Source: Salinimicrobium terrae DSM 17865
GTDB taxonomy: Bacteria; Bacteroidota; Bacteroidia; Flavobacteriales; Flavobacteriaceae
Reading direction: 5' to 3'
DNA length: 24,000 nucleotides
Assembly: GCF_000424665.1 (NCBI RefSeq)
Contig: NZ_AUKI01000020.1
Location: forward strand, 263,644-287,643
A program made the position numbers and the translations under genes. This document shows positions 1 through 11,096 of the stretch, in pieces. The notes under the pieces were generated by a model that saw only the letters and a list, made by a program, of their open reading frames with translations, was not told the DNA's origin and did no database searches. The number at the start of each line of letters is the position of its first letter. The stretch's first letter is position 1.

Positions 1-1
1 C

Positions 2-850
2 TACTCAAAAATCGCCGAGCAGGGCAAGGCAGAGAATGCTGCCTCCTGCTGTGGCGCGACCACTCCTTCCAATAAGGTTTATAACATCATGATGGACGAC
101 TACACCGGAACCGAAGGGTATATTGAAGATGCCGATCTTGGACTTGGCTGTGGACTTCCTACGCAATACGCCGGGATCAAAAAAGGAGATACAGTGATAG
201 ATCTGGGATCTGGTGCGGGGAATGACTGCTTTGTCGCCAGGCATGAAACAGGAGCTGAAGGAAAGGTTATAGGGATTGATTTTACTCCGGCTATGATACG
301 AAAAGCCCGTATAAATGCTGATAAGTTAGGTTTCAATAACGTCGAATTTCGCGAAGGAGATATTGATGACCTGCCGGTTAATGATAACACTGCAGATGTA
401 ATAGTTAGCAACTGCGTGCTCAATCTCGTACCAGATAAGCCAAAAGTTATTACGGAAATCTTCAGGGTATTAAAACCGGGGGGACACTTCAGCATTTCAG
501 ATATTGTTCTGGTGGGCGATTTACCAGTAGCTTTGCGCGAAGACGCCGAAATGTACGCAGGTTGCGTAGCCGGTGCCATTCAAAAAGGGGATTATTTGCA
601 GTACATTAAAAATGCAGGTTTTAAGAACCTCATCCTTCAAAAAGAAAAACCAATCACCATTCCCGATGATATTCTGTCGAAATATCTTTCAGAAGTAGAA
701 ATTACCGAATTTAAAAAAGGGGAAACCGGAATTTTTAGCATTACCGTTTACGCAGAGAAACCGGGAGTAAAAAAGGAAAAACCAAAAATTAAAATGACCG
801 CCCTGCAAACAGAGGGAGCATGTTGCGCACCGGATTCGGGTTGTTGTTAA
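2..850 (+). CDS. arsM: Arsenite S-adenosylmethionine methyltransferase (ArsM-type); 5' end lies outside the window
   Basis: The frame of the listed 89..850 ORF stays open back to base 2 (YSKIAEQGKAENAASCCGATTPSNKVYNIMMDD...), so the listed ATG is internal. It has the SAM-binding motif VIDLGSGAGND, the N-terminal CC pair and a Cys-rich C terminus (GACCAPDSGCC), all typical of ArsM. Confidence 0.85.
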   Translation, partial: YSKIAEQGKAENAASCCGATTPSNKVYNIMMDDYTGTEGYIEDADLGLGCGLPTQYAGIKKGDTVIDLGSGAGNDCFVARHETGAEGKVIGIDFTPAMIRKARINADKLGFNNVEFREGDIDDLPVNDNTADVIVSNCVLNLVPDKPKVITEIFRVLKPGGHFSISDIVLVGDLPVALREDAEMYAGCVAGAIQKGDYLQYIKNAGFKNLILQKEKPITIPDDILSKYLSEVEITEFKKGETGIFSITVYAEKPGVKKEKPKIKMTALQTEGACCAPDSGCC

Positions 851-949
851 ATGGAAGCCGTCAGTTCCTACTGCCGTCAGTATGAGTAATTTTTTCACGA
901 GCGGAAGCCGGGAAAAAATTATATTGAGCACGGCAGCGAGCACAAAAAA

Positions 950-971
950 AGCAGGCAAGAATTTGCCTGCT
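950..971 (-). terminator. Rho-independent terminator hairpin downstream of the GH97 gene, possibly bidirectional and also serving arsM
   Basis: A perfect 9-bp stem AGCAGGCAA/TTGCCTGCT with a 4-nt loop. An A7 run at 944-950 on the plus strand gives a U7 tail on the minus strand. On the plus strand only TTT follows. Confidence 0.6.
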
Positions 972-997
972 TTCCATCATTTTTGGGAGGTATAGAT

Positions 998-3172
<2,175 letters not shown>

Positions 3173-3255
3173 TTAATAAAATGAATGGCAAATATATGGC
3201 TTCTTCCGAAGAAGGAAATATCTGGACCTATTTTGACAATTGTTATTGGAAAGAA

Positions 3256-3280
3256 ATTAGCCGGGAATTTCCCGGCTAAT
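3256..3280 (-). terminator. Palindromic hairpin downstream of the porin gene
   Basis: ATTAGCCGGGA-att-TCCCGGCTAAT forms an 11-bp perfect stem. On the minus strand it is followed by the T-rich TTTCTTTCC. Confidence 0.5.
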
Positions 3281-3300
3281 ATGATAACTACAAATAAGAT

Positions 3301-4578
3301 TTATAAAGCATTCGGGGAGTCCTGAGGTTTTGTAAAACTAAACAACTTAGGACTAAAGCTCACCATCACCCAGGCCCAGTTCTGCGTTATGGATGCATTC
3401 CCTCCTTTTAGGATCTCAAGTGATTCACTGCCAAACATCTGGGAATAACCAAGATTGATCCCCAAATCCTTCCGCACCTTATATCCCGCTGCAATGTCTA
3501 TTTCTGTCCCAAGGTAATCATCCTGCTCATTTCCGGCAGAATCGGTGATAGTCGCAGCCGATGAGAAAACATGAGGCGTTACAGAAATTTCAAATTTTGA
3601 AGTGACATAGGAAAACTTTCCGTAGAGATCTAAAAGGCCGACAGAATTCTGGTGGTTACCCACATAAAAATAGTCCATATGCCCATTGAAGGCGTGGTTT
3701 GTTCCAAACAGCGGAGTGAATGATTTGAGTTCTCCTGAAGTATCGTTCATATCTGTCCCCGAAAGATATTCGGCTCCCACTCCAGTTACGAAAATATCAG
3801 CCAGTTTGTAATTTAGATTAATGCCTGCATACCATGCAGAAACTTCCCGACCTGTATGACTTCCCGCCTGCCCGTAAGCTCCAACATTACCAAAAAGATC
3901 TCCAGAAACGAAATTGTGAAAGGCTCCATAGGTTTGAATATAATCTACTTCCCTCTCCTGCGTGGCTGCATCAAATTCATAACCGGTATTCATTAGAAGG
4001 AAACTAAAACCAACATTGTTGACGTCCAGATGGTACCAGGCCATTTGAAGGTTTTGATAATTATTTATGCTGTAAGGAACTTCTAACAAAGTTTCTGTCT
4101 CGGCGTTATAGGCTGCAGCAAGATCCAGCCTGTGGTTTGCAGCAGGCTTCCAGGAGACAAGAGCCGCATCATGACTGCGTGCTTGCTGAGCCCAGCCAAC
4201 TTCCCCTAAGATCCTCTGGTTGTCATAGGATAAAACCTGTCTACCTATACGGAAAAGAAAATTTCGACTTGTTTGATACTGGCCATAGGCTTCAAATATT
4301 GAAAAGGAATTATTATCTTCTAAACGCATGGTTGGAGTATCCCCCCAAACACCAATGCTCTGGCCTGAAAATTTCACCTTCAGGTTTTCGTCACCATACC
4401 CAAGAGTAAGACGGGTACGTTGGGACGTATGGGCAGCAGGATCTGCATCCTCCGGTAATAGTGTTTTATATCCATTCCTGAATTCAAACCTTGGTCGCAC
4501 CTGCAGGTCGGCTTCAAAGGTCTGTGAAAATAAGGTTGATGAAAAAAGAAGAGCGAATAAGAAGTAGAATTTATTCAT
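3301..4578 (-). CDS. Alginate-export (AlgE-like) family outer-membrane beta-barrel porin
   Basis: Signal peptide MNKFYFLFALLFSSTLFSQ. The motifs RPRFEFRNG and GEVGWAQQARSHDAAL match my recollection of the Alginate_exp family. The rest alternates in a beta-strand pattern rich in aromatics and Gly. Confidence 0.7.
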   Translation of the reverse strand: MNKFYFLFALLFSSTLFSQTFEADLQVRPRFEFRNGYKTLLPEDADPAAHTSQRTRLTLGYGDENLKVKFSGQSIGVWGDTPTMRLEDNNSFSIFEAYGQYQTSRNFLFRIGRQVLSYDNQRILGEVGWAQQARSHDAALVSWKPAANHRLDLAAAYNAETETLLEVPYSINNYQNLQMAWYHLDVNNVGFSFLLMNTGYEFDAATQEREVDYIQTYGAFHNFVSGDLFGNVGAYGQAGSHTGREVSAWYAGINLNYKLADIFVTGVGAEYLSGTDMNDTSGELKSFTPLFGTNHAFNGHMDYFYVGNHQNSVGLLDLYGKFSYVTSKFEISVTPHVFSSAATITDSAGNEQDDYLGTEIDIAAGYKVRKDLGINLGYSQMFGSESLEILKGGNASITQNWAWVMVSFSPKLFSFTKPQDSPNAL

Positions 4579-4726
4579 TTTTATATAAATTTTCAGCTAC
4601 AAAAGAATCTATTGCTCCTGTTATAAACTATGATTTTTCTCATAATTACATAAAAATTTAAACTCGCCCTCGCAATTAAGAACTATAAAATTTTCATATT
4701 TTTAGCAAACCTTTGCCCCCTCACTT

Positions 4727-5962
4727 ATGAAGCACCTCCTACTGTTTTTAATGATTTCTTTAAGTTCATTTACCGCAGTTACCCAGGAAATAAATACAGA
4801 TAAATTATACTATGAAGCTTTGGAGGAGTATCAAAGTGGCAACTTCAAGAAATCTCTTGTGCTTACGACTACCGCTCTTACTGCCGCTCCTGAATATCAT
4901 GATATAAGAGTACTCCAGATACGGAACAAGTTTGCTTTACAGCTTCTGGAAGAAACTAATGTAGATCTTGAATTTTTACTGAACCGGGCCCCTCATTATG
5001 AAGGGGTAAAATCATTGACTGTTCAACGTCTCCGACAAATGGAATCGCAAACTGCACTACTATTTGCAGATCACCTTCTGGAGATTTATAATGAAGATGC
5101 CGAAATAAACATCATTAAAGCCCGACTCCTGTTGCAATTAAGTAAATCTGAAGAAGCAAGAACGCTAGCAACAAAAATTTTCCAACAATCTGCTCTTAAT
5201 GATGGCCAACGATATGCTTTACATCAAATAATAAACCTCACTGTCAAAAATGCCGTGCAGGTAACGGGACAGTACATTTCTTTTAGCGATGACTATCCCC
5301 GGAATGACCCCTGGTATGTAGTAAGTACAGAATACCAGCACAACTTTTCAAATATGGCGCTCATTGGAAGATTAACCTATTCAGATCGCTCCTATAATGA
5401 TGGAACTTTATATGAAATAGAGGCCTATCCTATTTTTTCCGAGAAATTATATGCCTTTGGTAACGTTGGTTTTCCTGATGGAAGTGTTTTTCCCGAATTT
5501 AGAGCCAGTGCTTCAGCTTTCTATAATTTCGCACCCTCTTTTGAAGCTGAAATAGGATTTAGAAGCTTAACTAATGATAGCAATACCCATTTTATAGGAA
5601 TTGGAGGACTAACCACCTACACCGGGAAATTTTATTTAAATGCAAGAGCTTTTATTGGTCCCGAGCAATTTGAGAAACTGGTTCAGAATTACCAATTCAA
5701 TATTAGATACTACTTAAGCACCCCCGAAAATTACCTTTTTGGAAGGGTGGGTAGCGGTATCTCCCCAGATGATCCTACACTGTACACCCAGGCTCAGGAA
5801 AATCCTGCTTTGGATGCCTGGTATATAAATACCGGAATTAATAAATCCATCGGAATTCATCACGTAATTTCTATTAGCGGCGGAATGCTTTATGAAGATT
5901 TAGCGAATGACAAGAAAGGACAACAGTTATTTGCAAGCCTGGGTTACAGGTATAAATTTTAA
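4727..5962 (+). CDS. Outer-membrane protein with an N-terminal TPR-like helical region and a C-terminal YaiO-like beta-barrel
   Basis: Signal peptide MKHLLLFLMISLSSFTAVTQ. Residues about 25-170 are helical repeats (YYEALEEYQSGNFKKSL...). Residues about 175-411 are Gly/Tyr-rich alternating strands ending in ...GYRYKF, an OMP-type C-terminal Phe. The YaiO assignment is from memory and unverified. Confidence 0.6.
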   Translation: MKHLLLFLMISLSSFTAVTQEINTDKLYYEALEEYQSGNFKKSLVLTTTALTAAPEYHDIRVLQIRNKFALQLLEETNVDLEFLLNRAPHYEGVKSLTVQRLRQMESQTALLFADHLLEIYNEDAEINIIKARLLLQLSKSEEARTLATKIFQQSALNDGQRYALHQIINLTVKNAVQVTGQYISFSDDYPRNDPWYVVSTEYQHNFSNMALIGRLTYSDRSYNDGTLYEIEAYPIFSEKLYAFGNVGFPDGSVFPEFRASASAFYNFAPSFEAEIGFRSLTNDSNTHFIGIGGLTTYTGKFYLNARAFIGPEQFEKLVQNYQFNIRYYLSTPENYLFGRVGSGISPDDPTLYTQAQENPALDAWYINTGINKSIGIHHVISISGGMLYEDLANDKKGQQLFASLGYRYKF

Positions 5963-7401
5963 GAAGAAGCTGAAGTTTCTGTACTAAATCCTTTTCGGGT
6001 CATGGTACCCCAACCCGATTTAATTCCGAAGAGTTTTTTATAAAGTCCCTTAAGCTGCCCAAAGACCAAAACAGGATGAAAAATAAAAGGCTCGAGGTAT
6101 GCTGCAAGTAAAAGCTCTGCAACTTCCCGGGCAGAAGAATAATGCCTGAAATTTAGGATATAAAAGAAAACTGCTACTGAAGAGAAGATGCACCCCAGCA
6201 AATAAACTGCTGTGAACAGTAGTATCGCCGATGGCCAGTCAATGAGCCCGTGATAGCCAAAGAATATTATAAAGATGATCCCTAGAAATTCAACTATGGG
6301 CGCTCCAAATTCAAAGAAGCACCAGTAAGGAAAAAAGATCATTCCCATTTTCCCATACCTGGGATTCATGAAAAGGTAACGATGTAACTTCAGAGTTTCC
6401 CAAAGACCCCTGGTCCATCTATCCCGCTGTTTTACAAAAATGCTGTAGGTATGGGGAACTTCGGTCCAGCAAAGGGTTTCAGGGATATAGACCACTTTGT
6501 ATTTCTTCTTCAGTTTTTCCATATGAACCCGGAGTCGGATACAAAGCTCCAGGTCCTCTCCAACCGTGTTAATGTTGAAACCTCCTACTTCTAATAACCG
6601 GGTGCGGGGATACATACCAAAGGCGCCAGATACCAGCATGAGACCGTTCACTTCTCCCCATCCCATTCGACCTATAAGAAAAGCCCTAATATATTCCACT
6701 ACCTGGGTTGTAGGTAAAAGATCCTTCGGAACTTTTAGCTTTTTAAGGACACCGGACTTAATTTCGGAATCATTTGCAACTCCAATAGCTCCGCCACAGG
6801 CAATAATTTCCCGGTCTCCTTCCTCCAGGTATGGCCGTACCATTTTAAGAATAGCATCCTGCTCTACAATACAGTCGGCATCTGTACAGAGAACAAGCTC
6901 TGTAGTGGCGAAATTAATTCCGCAGTTTATAGCATCACTTCGCCCCCCATTGTTTTTATCAATAATCGTCAGGTGTTTATACTGGATCTCTGTACTTTTA
7001 TATACCGCCCGTACCATAGCAGTGGGAATAGGCTGTACGATAAAGGTAGAATCTATAGTTTTCAGCTTATATTTTTCAATAAGCAAATCCATGGAGTTGT
7101 CTTTGCTCCCATCGTTTACTACAATCAATTCATAAAAAGGATATTGTATAGAAAGAAGGGATTTTACATTTTCAACAATAGTTCGACCCTCGTTAAATGC
7201 AGGAGCAACAAGAGTTACCGAAGGAATATCTGTGGCACTAACAATATCCTTAACCTGCAGGAATCTTGACCGGCGCTTATTGCGTTTAACTGCCATTGCA
7301 GAGAGGACTACACCCAAAAAATAAAATGATAGCAGGAGCATTCCGTAGACAAAGAATAGCCAACTTATTTTTACATAGAAGCTGTACAATAAATCAGTCA
7401 T
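5959..7401 (-). CDS. Processive family-2 glycosyltransferase (PgaC/IcaA/BcsA-like polysaccharide synthase) with N- and C-terminal TM segments
   Basis: It carries VVNDGSKD, CTDADC (DXD), GEDLEL (the TED-type motif) and QRDRWTRG (QxxRW). One N-terminal and several C-terminal hydrophobic helices are present. The start overlaps the upstream gene by 4 nt (ATGA). Confidence 0.85.
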   Translation of the reverse strand: MTDLLYSFYVKISWLFFVYGMLLLSFYFLGVVLSAMAVKRNKRRSRFLQVKDIVSATDIPSVTLVAPAFNEGRTIVENVKSLLSIQYPFYELIVVNDGSKDNSMDLLIEKYKLKTIDSTFIVQPIPTAMVRAVYKSTEIQYKHLTIIDKNNGGRSDAINCGINFATTELVLCTDADCIVEQDAILKMVRPYLEEGDREIIACGGAIGVANDSEIKSGVLKKLKVPKDLLPTTQVVEYIRAFLIGRMGWGEVNGLMLVSGAFGMYPRTRLLEVGGFNINTVGEDLELCIRLRVHMEKLKKKYKVVYIPETLCWTEVPHTYSIFVKQRDRWTRGLWETLKLHRYLFMNPRYGKMGMIFFPYWCFFEFGAPIVEFLGIIFIIFFGYHGLIDWPSAILLFTAVYLLGCIFSSVAVFFYILNFRHYSSAREVAELLLAAYLEPFIFHPVLVFGQLKGLYKKLFGIKSGWGTMTRKGFSTETSASS

Positions 7402-8453
7402 ATAACTTCTTTTAGAGCGTCAATGGTGGAATATTGGCTGTAGTAGAATTCATGCACCAGCTTTTCATGGCCACTGGTCCAGAGAATTTCGGCTGCACTA
7501 AGCTCAAGAATATCATTCCCGGTATGCAAAATGGCATCATAAAATTCCAGATCGGGGGTGTCTGAGATCTGGTGTATATACTTTAGCAACTGTACCTGTT
7601 GTTCGATTGTGGGAACGTTAAAAATCTTAGCTTTTACCTCTTGGAGCTGTTCTCCCGTAAGTTTAAATGAACTAATACAATAAATTGCCGTTTCCCGGCG
7701 ATCAAAACTTTCATGATCAAGGAAACCAATGATATAATCGACTTCTGTAAACAAATTATACTTCCTGATGATCCTCATTAGTAACTCCTGTGCGTAAGGT
7801 CGTTGTGTCGCATAAGTTTTTTTTAAATATTTAATTTTCGGATCGGGATAGAGAGCAAAAAGCTTCTCCACGATCTTGATCTGTTGCCAGAGTGTCATTT
7901 CTCTTTTTAGATAAGGAAGAAATCGAAGACTCTCCCATCCCAGGAAAACAACCATAGCAATCTGCGCCTCCCTTCTTACATAAATATTAGGATTATTACG
8001 TTCCCTTGTCACATCTTTTAGATACTGGGATTGTTCCATTTCATAAATTTCCCTTATTCCTCTTGCCTTCACATACCATTTCCTGCTCTTAAGCTTGGAT
8101 TGGGCTGCTCTATAGGGAGGAATTTGACTAAAAAGAAGACGTAATTTGATGTAATTTTCTCCCAGCATTGTTCTCTGGGCCCTTATCATAAGATCTATAA
8201 GGTACTGGATATTAGCCTTTTTAGAAGGTTTAGCACCTACAGCCTGTAAAGCTCGCTGAACATTTATAAAAGAATATTCCTCCCCCCTGGGTGGGTAAAG
8301 GTACTTTGCTATTTCGTTGGCAAATGTATATTCAATCCTATCCAGTTGTTTTTTTCTAATCTTACGGTATAGCAGGCTAATACCAATAGTACACCACACC
8401 AAAACGAGAAAAAAAAGCAGGATTGAAATAAGCAGAAGTAGTTTTCCCTCCAT
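7398..8453 (-). CDS. Membrane-anchored HEAT/armadillo-like repeat protein of unknown function
   Basis: One N-terminal TM helix (LLLLISILLFFLVLVWCTIGISLL) is followed by an all-helical repeat region. Its motifs resemble HEAT_2/PBS-lyase repeats (KWYVKARGIREIYEM, NIYVRREAQIAMVV). It appears translationally coupled to both neighbours. Confidence 0.5.
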   Translation of the reverse strand: MEGKLLLLISILLFFLVLVWCTIGISLLYRKIRKKQLDRIEYTFANEIAKYLYPPRGEEYSFINVQRALQAVGAKPSKKANIQYLIDLMIRAQRTMLGENYIKLRLLFSQIPPYRAAQSKLKSRKWYVKARGIREIYEMEQSQYLKDVTRERNNPNIYVRREAQIAMVVFLGWESLRFLPYLKREMTLWQQIKIVEKLFALYPDPKIKYLKKTYATQRPYAQELLMRIIRKYNLFTEVDYIIGFLDHESFDRRETAIYCISSFKLTGEQLQEVKAKIFNVPTIEQQVQLLKYIHQISDTPDLEFYDAILHTGNDILELSAAEILWTSGHEKLVHEFYYSQYSTIDALKEVI

Positions 8454-8454
8454 A

Positions 8455-8805
8455 CTATGACAACATTTGTTCTACTTTGTCAAAATTGAAAGGAACTGCA
8501 AAAAAGCCGGATACATGCCCCATCTCCAAAATGTTTTGACGAACTTTCTTCTGCCCCATGCTGGTAATGATTAGCAGGGATTTATGCCGTATGATCTCTT
8601 TTATCTGGTATACGTAATCCAGGGGCGCAATTCCGTCAAATAAAATATCTGAAATAATAATATCGAAGTTTTCATCCTGATCTTCAATATCCAACTGGTC
8701 CAGGCTACGTATTGCTTTACAGCGATAGTCGTGATTTAAGATCATTCGTTCCAGAACCTGTAACAGAATGAGGTCCTGCTGAATTATCAGTGCAGTTTTT
8801 ACCAT
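8455..8805 (-). CDS. Stand-alone response-regulator receiver (REC) domain, atypical
   Basis: A 116-aa CheY-like pattern with a candidate phospho-acceptor in FDIIISD(53)ILF and a Thr in LLIIT(81)S. The acidic pocket is QQD rather than DD/ED, and the conserved Lys-Pro is Val-Pro (FAVPF). Confidence 0.7.
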   Translation of the reverse strand: MVKTALIIQQDLILLQVLERMILNHDYRCKAIRSLDQLDIEDQDENFDIIISDILFDGIAPLDYVYQIKEIIRHKSLLIITSMGQKKVRQNILEMGHVSGFFAVPFNFDKVEQMLS

Positions 8806-8848
8806 ATGAGGCTAAGTAGGGAGTACTGAATTGGGGCTCAGTACCTTA

Positions 8849-8856
8849 CAAATCTA
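8849..8856 (-). promoter_or_regulatory. Candidate Bacteroidota -7 promoter box for the REC-HEAT-GT2 operon
   Basis: The minus strand reads TAGATTTG, an exact match to the TAnnTTTG consensus, 43 nt upstream of the REC ATG. The predicted leader contains a 7-bp hairpin (GTACTGA/TCAGTAC, 8823-8844). Confidence 0.4.
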
Positions 8857-8995
8857 ACAAAAATTAGTTATAAATATGTTAATCCAGTCATTCTTTTTGA
8901 CTGATAAAGAAGTATATACGTTAAACATCTTGTTTATCGGCAGGGTTTTAATCGGATAACAAAGTGGATCTGTAAAATTGAATTGAAATCATCCT

Positions 8996-9919
8996 CTAAC
9001 TTTCAACTATGAAATTAAAAGCAGCATGTTTGTTTTCGACTTTTATTTCTTCTCCTTTATAATCATCAATTCTCTCATCATCTATGTGCATATCCTTACC
9101 AAACCATTTAAACCGAACCTTCTTTACCTTCTTTGAAAAAACAAAATCCTCAAGGAAAATATTTTCATCCTTTTTTAGAAGATCCTGAATATAACTTTCC
9201 AGGTCTTTTCGGGCTTTTTCGGGTACGGCAACCAGTTCAAAACTTCCATCGCCCGTCAGGGCTCCGGGAGCAAGTTCAAAATTGGGACCAATGAACCTGA
9301 TGTTCATTAGTTCCACCAGAAGAAATCTTCCGGTAATTTCTTCTCCATCAGCAATAATTATTGCTTCACATGCCTTGGAGTTTCTTACGATTTCCAATAG
9401 CTCTTGCAACGATTGATTAAGTTCATCATCAGGATCTTCCGGCTCTCCTTCGTTTTTCTTTTTCTTTTCCATTACTTTCAGCAGCTTCGGAAAAATTCCA
9501 AAGCCCAGTCCTTCGATAAAAAATCCTGCTTCCCCCGCACCTTCCACCTGTCCCACATCAAAAGGTTCAATATTCTTAAGTTCATCAAGTGCTTTAATAG
9601 AAAGATTTAAATTTAAAGTGGTAGCAATATTATTAGCTGTGCCCAATGGCAGCACTTGTACAGGGGTTTTTTGAATGGGTGCTCCCACCTTGAGTAATTC
9701 TGCAGCCAGTTTTTGTACCGTGCCGTCACCCCCGGCAAGAAAAATGACATCGGCCTCGTTTCGAGTAAACCGCTCCCAACCCGGTGTATCTGTGGAATAA
9801 TATTTAACCTCATATCCTGCCGCTTCAATTTTTTTTACCAGAGTTTTTTCATCATGTTTCCCAGATCCAGCCGTAGGGTTATGTATAAGAATTGTTTGTT
9901 TCATTACCGTGGTTTCCAA
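8996..9919 (-). CDS. Diacylglycerol-kinase-family lipid kinase (YegS/BmrU-like)
   Basis: ILIHNPTAGSGKH together with the FLAGGDGTV nucleotide-binding motif, and a length of about 300 aa. The true start may be the internal MKQTILIHNP. Confidence 0.85.
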   Translation of the reverse strand: METTVMKQTILIHNPTAGSGKHDEKTLVKKIEAAGYEVKYYSTDTPGWERFTRNEADVIFLAGGDGTVQKLAAELLKVGAPIQKTPVQVLPLGTANNIATTLNLNLSIKALDELKNIEPFDVGQVEGAGEAGFFIEGLGFGIFPKLLKVMEKKKKNEGEPEDPDDELNQSLQELLEIVRNSKACEAIIIADGEEITGRFLLVELMNIRFIGPNFELAPGALTGDGSFELVAVPEKARKDLESYIQDLLKKDENIFLEDFVFSKKVKKVRFKWFGKDMHIDDERIDDYKGEEIKVENKHAAFNFIVES

Positions 9920-10041
9920 TAAAGATAAGATTCCGTTAAGAAGAATATGGCTTCATTAACACAGACTTATAATACTCAGGTTTTATCTTAGTCTAAAGTT
10001 TTGTATTTTAAAATAACAACCACATTAAAGATAATTAACTT

Positions 10042-10770
10042 ATGAAAATACTTGTAACCAATGACGACGGAATTTACAGTCCCGGGCTTTCCTGCCTGGC
10101 TAAATGTGCCTCCAAATACGGGGAAGTAATTATAATGGCTCCCGATGTTGAACAGTCATCTATGGGCCAAGCCATAACCTCTGCTAAGCCTATTACTTAT
10201 AAAAAATCCCCCATCCACTTCGAAGGAATGGAAGCATATAGAGTAAGTGGAACTCCTGCCGATTGTGTCGCTCTGGGAACTCATTTATTTGATGATATAG
10301 ATATTGTCCTTTCGGGTATCAACATAGGATCAAACCTTGGAAATTCGGCTTGGCATTCCGGAACCTTGTCGGCTGCACGACAGGCTGTATTGTTTGGAAT
10401 TAGAGGTGTTGCACTTAGTGTATCAATAGGTGATAATGAACCCGATTTTGATGCCCTGGAACCTTTTGTTGTAGATTCATTAAAAGAGGTGATGCATGAA
10501 TCTTCAATGGAACTCCTTAATATCAACTTCCCAAGAAAACCCGCAGGAGATATTGTCTGGACCTGCCAGTCGGTACGTCACTATGATGGGAAAGTGGTAC
10601 AGCAGGAAGACCCTATGGGTCGCGAGCATTACTGGTTCACCGTCTTCCCCATTGAAGATGTAGAAGAAGGAACAGACAGGTGGGCTGTGAAGCATGGTAA
10701 GACGAGCATCACCCCAATGATCCTGGACCTAACTGATAAAAAAATATACGAGGCGAAAAAGGAGAAATAA
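10042..10770 (+). CDS. surE: 5'/3'-nucleotidase SurE
   Basis: The N terminus MKILVTNDDGIYSPGL is the SurE signature, followed by GINIGSNLG and SGTLSAA motifs. Confidence 0.9.
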   Translation: MKILVTNDDGIYSPGLSCLAKCASKYGEVIIMAPDVEQSSMGQAITSAKPITYKKSPIHFEGMEAYRVSGTPADCVALGTHLFDDIDIVLSGINIGSNLGNSAWHSGTLSAARQAVLFGIRGVALSVSIGDNEPDFDALEPFVVDSLKEVMHESSMELLNINFPRKPAGDIVWTCQSVRHYDGKVVQQEDPMGREHYWFTVFPIEDVEEGTDRWAVKHGKTSITPMILDLTDKKIYEAKKEK

Positions 10771-10802
10771 GGATAAGATTTTTTTCCTTAACCTCACAGA
10801 AT

Positions 10803-10836
10803 AAAGCTCTGCACTTTGGTGTGGGGCTTTATTTAT
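10803..10836 (+). terminator. Intrinsic terminator after surE
   Basis: A 12-bp stem AAAGCTCTGCAC/GTGTGGGGCTTT containing three G-U pairs, a TTTG loop, and a following ATTTAT. Confidence 0.55.
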
Positions 10837-11096
10837 GTGACAGCACTTTAAATAATTTTTTTAAGCCCTCATTACCCTTCCTATTCCGCCGCCGTGCTTA
10901 CACCTCCATACCTATTTGGATTTCAGTAGCTGCACCATCAAAATTGGCCTGCTGTGCATTATGTTAAATACAAGCTTTAAATTATTATTCTAAAACCCTT
11001 TTTTTTTCGGTACAAGCATCTGCGCATGATATAATTGTCGAAAAGGAATGAATATTTTCATCTTTGGAAAATTTCAGTTCAATTTATATTAATCTC

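Noticed and set aside
100-579. A 159-aa minus-strand ORF, plus similar long antisense ORFs at 689-958, 1691-2404, 4137-4567, 6566-7269, 9404-9922, 10281-10695, 15583-16738, 17461-17995, 19147-19431, 19798-20013 and 20677-22554
   Set aside because: Each lies entirely inside, and antisense to or out of frame with, a gene whose conserved motifs I recognise. Their products are low-complexity or Ser/Pro/Arg-rich with no recognisable domain. They are shadow ORFs.
10940-10975. A possible fourth, shortened copy of the repeat (GGCCTGCTGTGCATTATGTTAAATAC)
   Set aside because: Similarity is limited to about 10-12 scattered nucleotides in AT-rich sequence, which I cannot distinguish from chance by eye.
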